Origin: an uncultured Anaerolineales bacterium
GTDB lineage: Bacteria; Chloroflexota; Anaerolineae; Anaerolineales; UBA11858
Length of the DNA stretch: 64,000 nt
NCBI GenBank assembly: GCA_964629085.1
Contig: CAZVPR010000009.1
Coordinates: 2,119-66,118, forward strand
Direction: 5' to 3'
Below are positions 62,516-64,000 of the stretch, piece after piece. How positions within the stretch are numbered: position 1 is the first letter of the stretch; each line of letters begins with the position of its first letter. The notes under the pieces are model-generated. The model was not told the DNA's origin. It made no database searches and was given only the letters and a program-made list of their open reading frames with translations. Both the position numbers and the translations under genes were made by a program.

Positions 62516-64000
62516 ATGAACTGGCAAAATTACTCTACACAAAAGTTGAAGGGGTTTCTTCGTAAGGATCCCTTTTATGAGGAAGAGATCACTGAAGAAT
62601 TAAAAAGACGGAAAGAAAGGGGACGTCAGGCTTGGTTTGGAATTTCCTTTGTTGTCATAAGTTTGATTTTTGTAGGGGTAATTAGTTGGCAAAAATTTGT
62701 AGAATTATATAAAGGGGATGGTAATCAAGTGCAAATATTGTTGAGTTTTATTTTGGCTGGATTTTTCCCCCTTACTGCAATCGCATATATCCTCTTTCAA
62801 AAGAAAACTACCTTGCGTCGTTTGGGTCGTGACTTTTGGATGTTAGGGATCGATTTGCGCGATGACCCTGATAAGGCTCCTTTGTCACAGACGCAAACCA
62901 TGGGTTATGTAAGCAGGAAGTACGACGAATTCAACCCAACCTGGAATTTTGTGATCCAGGCAACTTTAGTAGCATTAATGGTCATATTTGGGTTGGTTTT
63001 ATTTTTTTGGCCACCCACTGAAAATGAATTATTGGATATTAACACATTGCGTGCCATGAATTATGGCTTCCTGGGAGCATACCTGTTTAGCGCTCAATTA
63101 GTTTACAGGCGATACACAACTTTTGATTTACAGCCCTCTGTTTACACTTATTGTGTTATTACCTTAATTGCAGGATTAGTATTCAATTTTGTTGCATTCA
63201 AAGCCATTGATAGCCTTACATCAAGTCCAACATCCCTGGGTGAATCTCAAGGTCCAGTGGTCACAAATCCATCAATTAGTACCGACGACAGCGGAATGAA
63301 TAACACTGAAGACCTGAACGGTACAGATTCCAACGATGATGCCAGTGCAATAATTGCTAACACCAATCAACAAGGCAGCGAAACCAATGCTGAAGAAGAT
63401 TCTAATACTGAAGCTGCAACAGGCTTGGCCGGTGGTTTGATGGCAATATTGGCATTTTCTTTGGGGTATTTTCCATATTTGGCCCTTAGGTGGTTTAACC
63501 GTTTAGCACATACCGCTCTTCAAGTCAGGCAGCGTCGTTCGGAATTCTTGCCATTAGGGTTGATTGATGGGATTAGTGAATTTCATGAAACAAGATTGCG
63601 TGATGAGGGAATTGAAGATATTCAGAACTTGTCAGCAGCTTCATTAGATGAATTACTAATCAATACCCGTTTCAGTGCTCAACAAGTAATCGAATGGGTC
63701 GATCAAGCTGCACTTTATGTTTATCTGACTCCAGATGAAATAAACAGCTTCCGCCGGGCTGGGATTCGTACCTATACGGATCTTAAAGATCAATGGTCGC
63801 CATACTTTGTTTTAAAAATCCAAAATTTGGATCACATTTCCAATGGGCCGCCTTCGCCTGAAAACGAAAGTGTTCCGCCAAACATCCTTGCAGAAATTGG
63901 GAAGAAGATCAATGAAATTCCAGAGGATGTCACCTCCTTGAGGAGGGAGCAAGCCTTACGATTGCAGGTAATGCCCGAATATCTAGATGCTCTTTATCAA
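62516..64000 (+). CDS. Hypothetical polytopic membrane protein with helix-hairpin-helix-like C-terminal region (3' end outside window; not in the supplied ORF track)
   Basis: AAGGAGGAAAC-ATG at 62516. I translated 495 codons to the window edge without a stop, with the frame checked at 62999, 63479 and 63539. About 6 hydrophobic helices, an acidic Asn/Asp/Ser/Thr linker, then ..LGLIDGISEFHETRLRDEGIEDIQNLSAASLDELL.. The DNA is visibly AT-rich. Confidence 0.7.
   Translation, partial: MNWQNYSTQKLKGFLRKDPFYEEEITEELKRRKERGRQAWFGISFVVISLIFVGVISWQKFVELYKGDGNQVQILLSFILAGFFPLTAIAYILFQKKTTLRRLGRDFWMLGIDLRDDPDKAPLSQTQTMGYVSRKYDEFNPTWNFVIQATLVALMVIFGLVLFFWPPTENELLDINTLRAMNYGFLGAYLFSAQLVYRRYTTFDLQPSVYTYCVITLIAGLVFNFVAFKAIDSLTSSPTSLGESQGPVVTNPSISTDDSGMNNTEDLNGTDSNDDASAIIANTNQQGSETNAEEDSNTEAATGLAGGLMAILAFSLGYFPYLALRWFNRLAHTALQVRQRRSEFLPLGLIDGISEFHETRLRDEGIEDIQNLSAASLDELLINTRFSAQQVIEWVDQAALYVYLTPDEINSFRRAGIRTYTDLKDQWSPYFVLKIQNLDHISNGPPSPENESVPPNILAEIGKKINEIPEDVTSLRREQALRLQVMPEYLDALYQ

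Noticed and set aside
60200-64000. Prophage or integrative element at the right end.
   Set aside because: This stretch has AT-richer DNA, repeats, a pseudogene and an HU-like gene, but no integrase, tRNA, att-like flanks or phage structural genes are visible. I describe it only as accessory-looking.
1-64000. Search for tRNA, rRNA, CRISPR repeats, transposases and toxin-antitoxin pairs.
   Set aside because: None was recognised by eye in any intergenic region or ORF translation. A tRNAscan/Infernal/ISfinder run would be needed to be certain.

Overview
64-kb window, probably from a Chloroflexota/Anaerolineae-like bacterium. That is a guess from gene content and REP-type palindromes and cannot be verified here. 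It has three zones. (1) nt 1-22,645 is a 21-gene carbohydrate locus, all on the + strand. It holds five divergent uroporphyrinogen-decarboxylase (URO-D)-family paralogues, L-rhamnose mutarotase, a creatininase-family amidohydrolase and an ABC sugar importer. It also holds L-fucose isomerase, an FGGY (rhamnulo/fuculo)kinase, and two class II aldolases flanking an aldehyde:ferredoxin oxidoreductase. The last genes are a GDP-mannose-3,5-epimerase-like SDR, a cytidylyltransferase::fucokinase-like GHMP fusion and lutABC. (2) nt 22,900-53,262 is one uninterrupted 30,363-nt ORF of 10,120 codons. It encodes a secreted, repeat-built giant protein: signal peptide, acidic spacer, beta-helical ~48-aa repeats, 'HGF' modules, FG-GAP-like blades, an 88-aa tandem array with 659 nt of perfect DNA repetition, RTX blocks and a unique C-terminus. 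(3) nt 53,386-64,000 starts with a minus-strand block of histidine kinase, LuxR-type regulator, cytochrome P450 and an acidic secreted protein, followed by an MFS transporter. It ends in an AT-richer stretch with an HU-like gene, a duplicated promoter/leader, MITE-like palindromic elements, a lipoprotein gene with an in-frame stop at codon 3, and an ORF missing from the supplied track that runs off the right edge. I saw no rRNA, tRNA, CRISPR array, transposase or integrase. Everything here comes from reading the sequence and translations by eye. No identities, GC values or database hits were computed.
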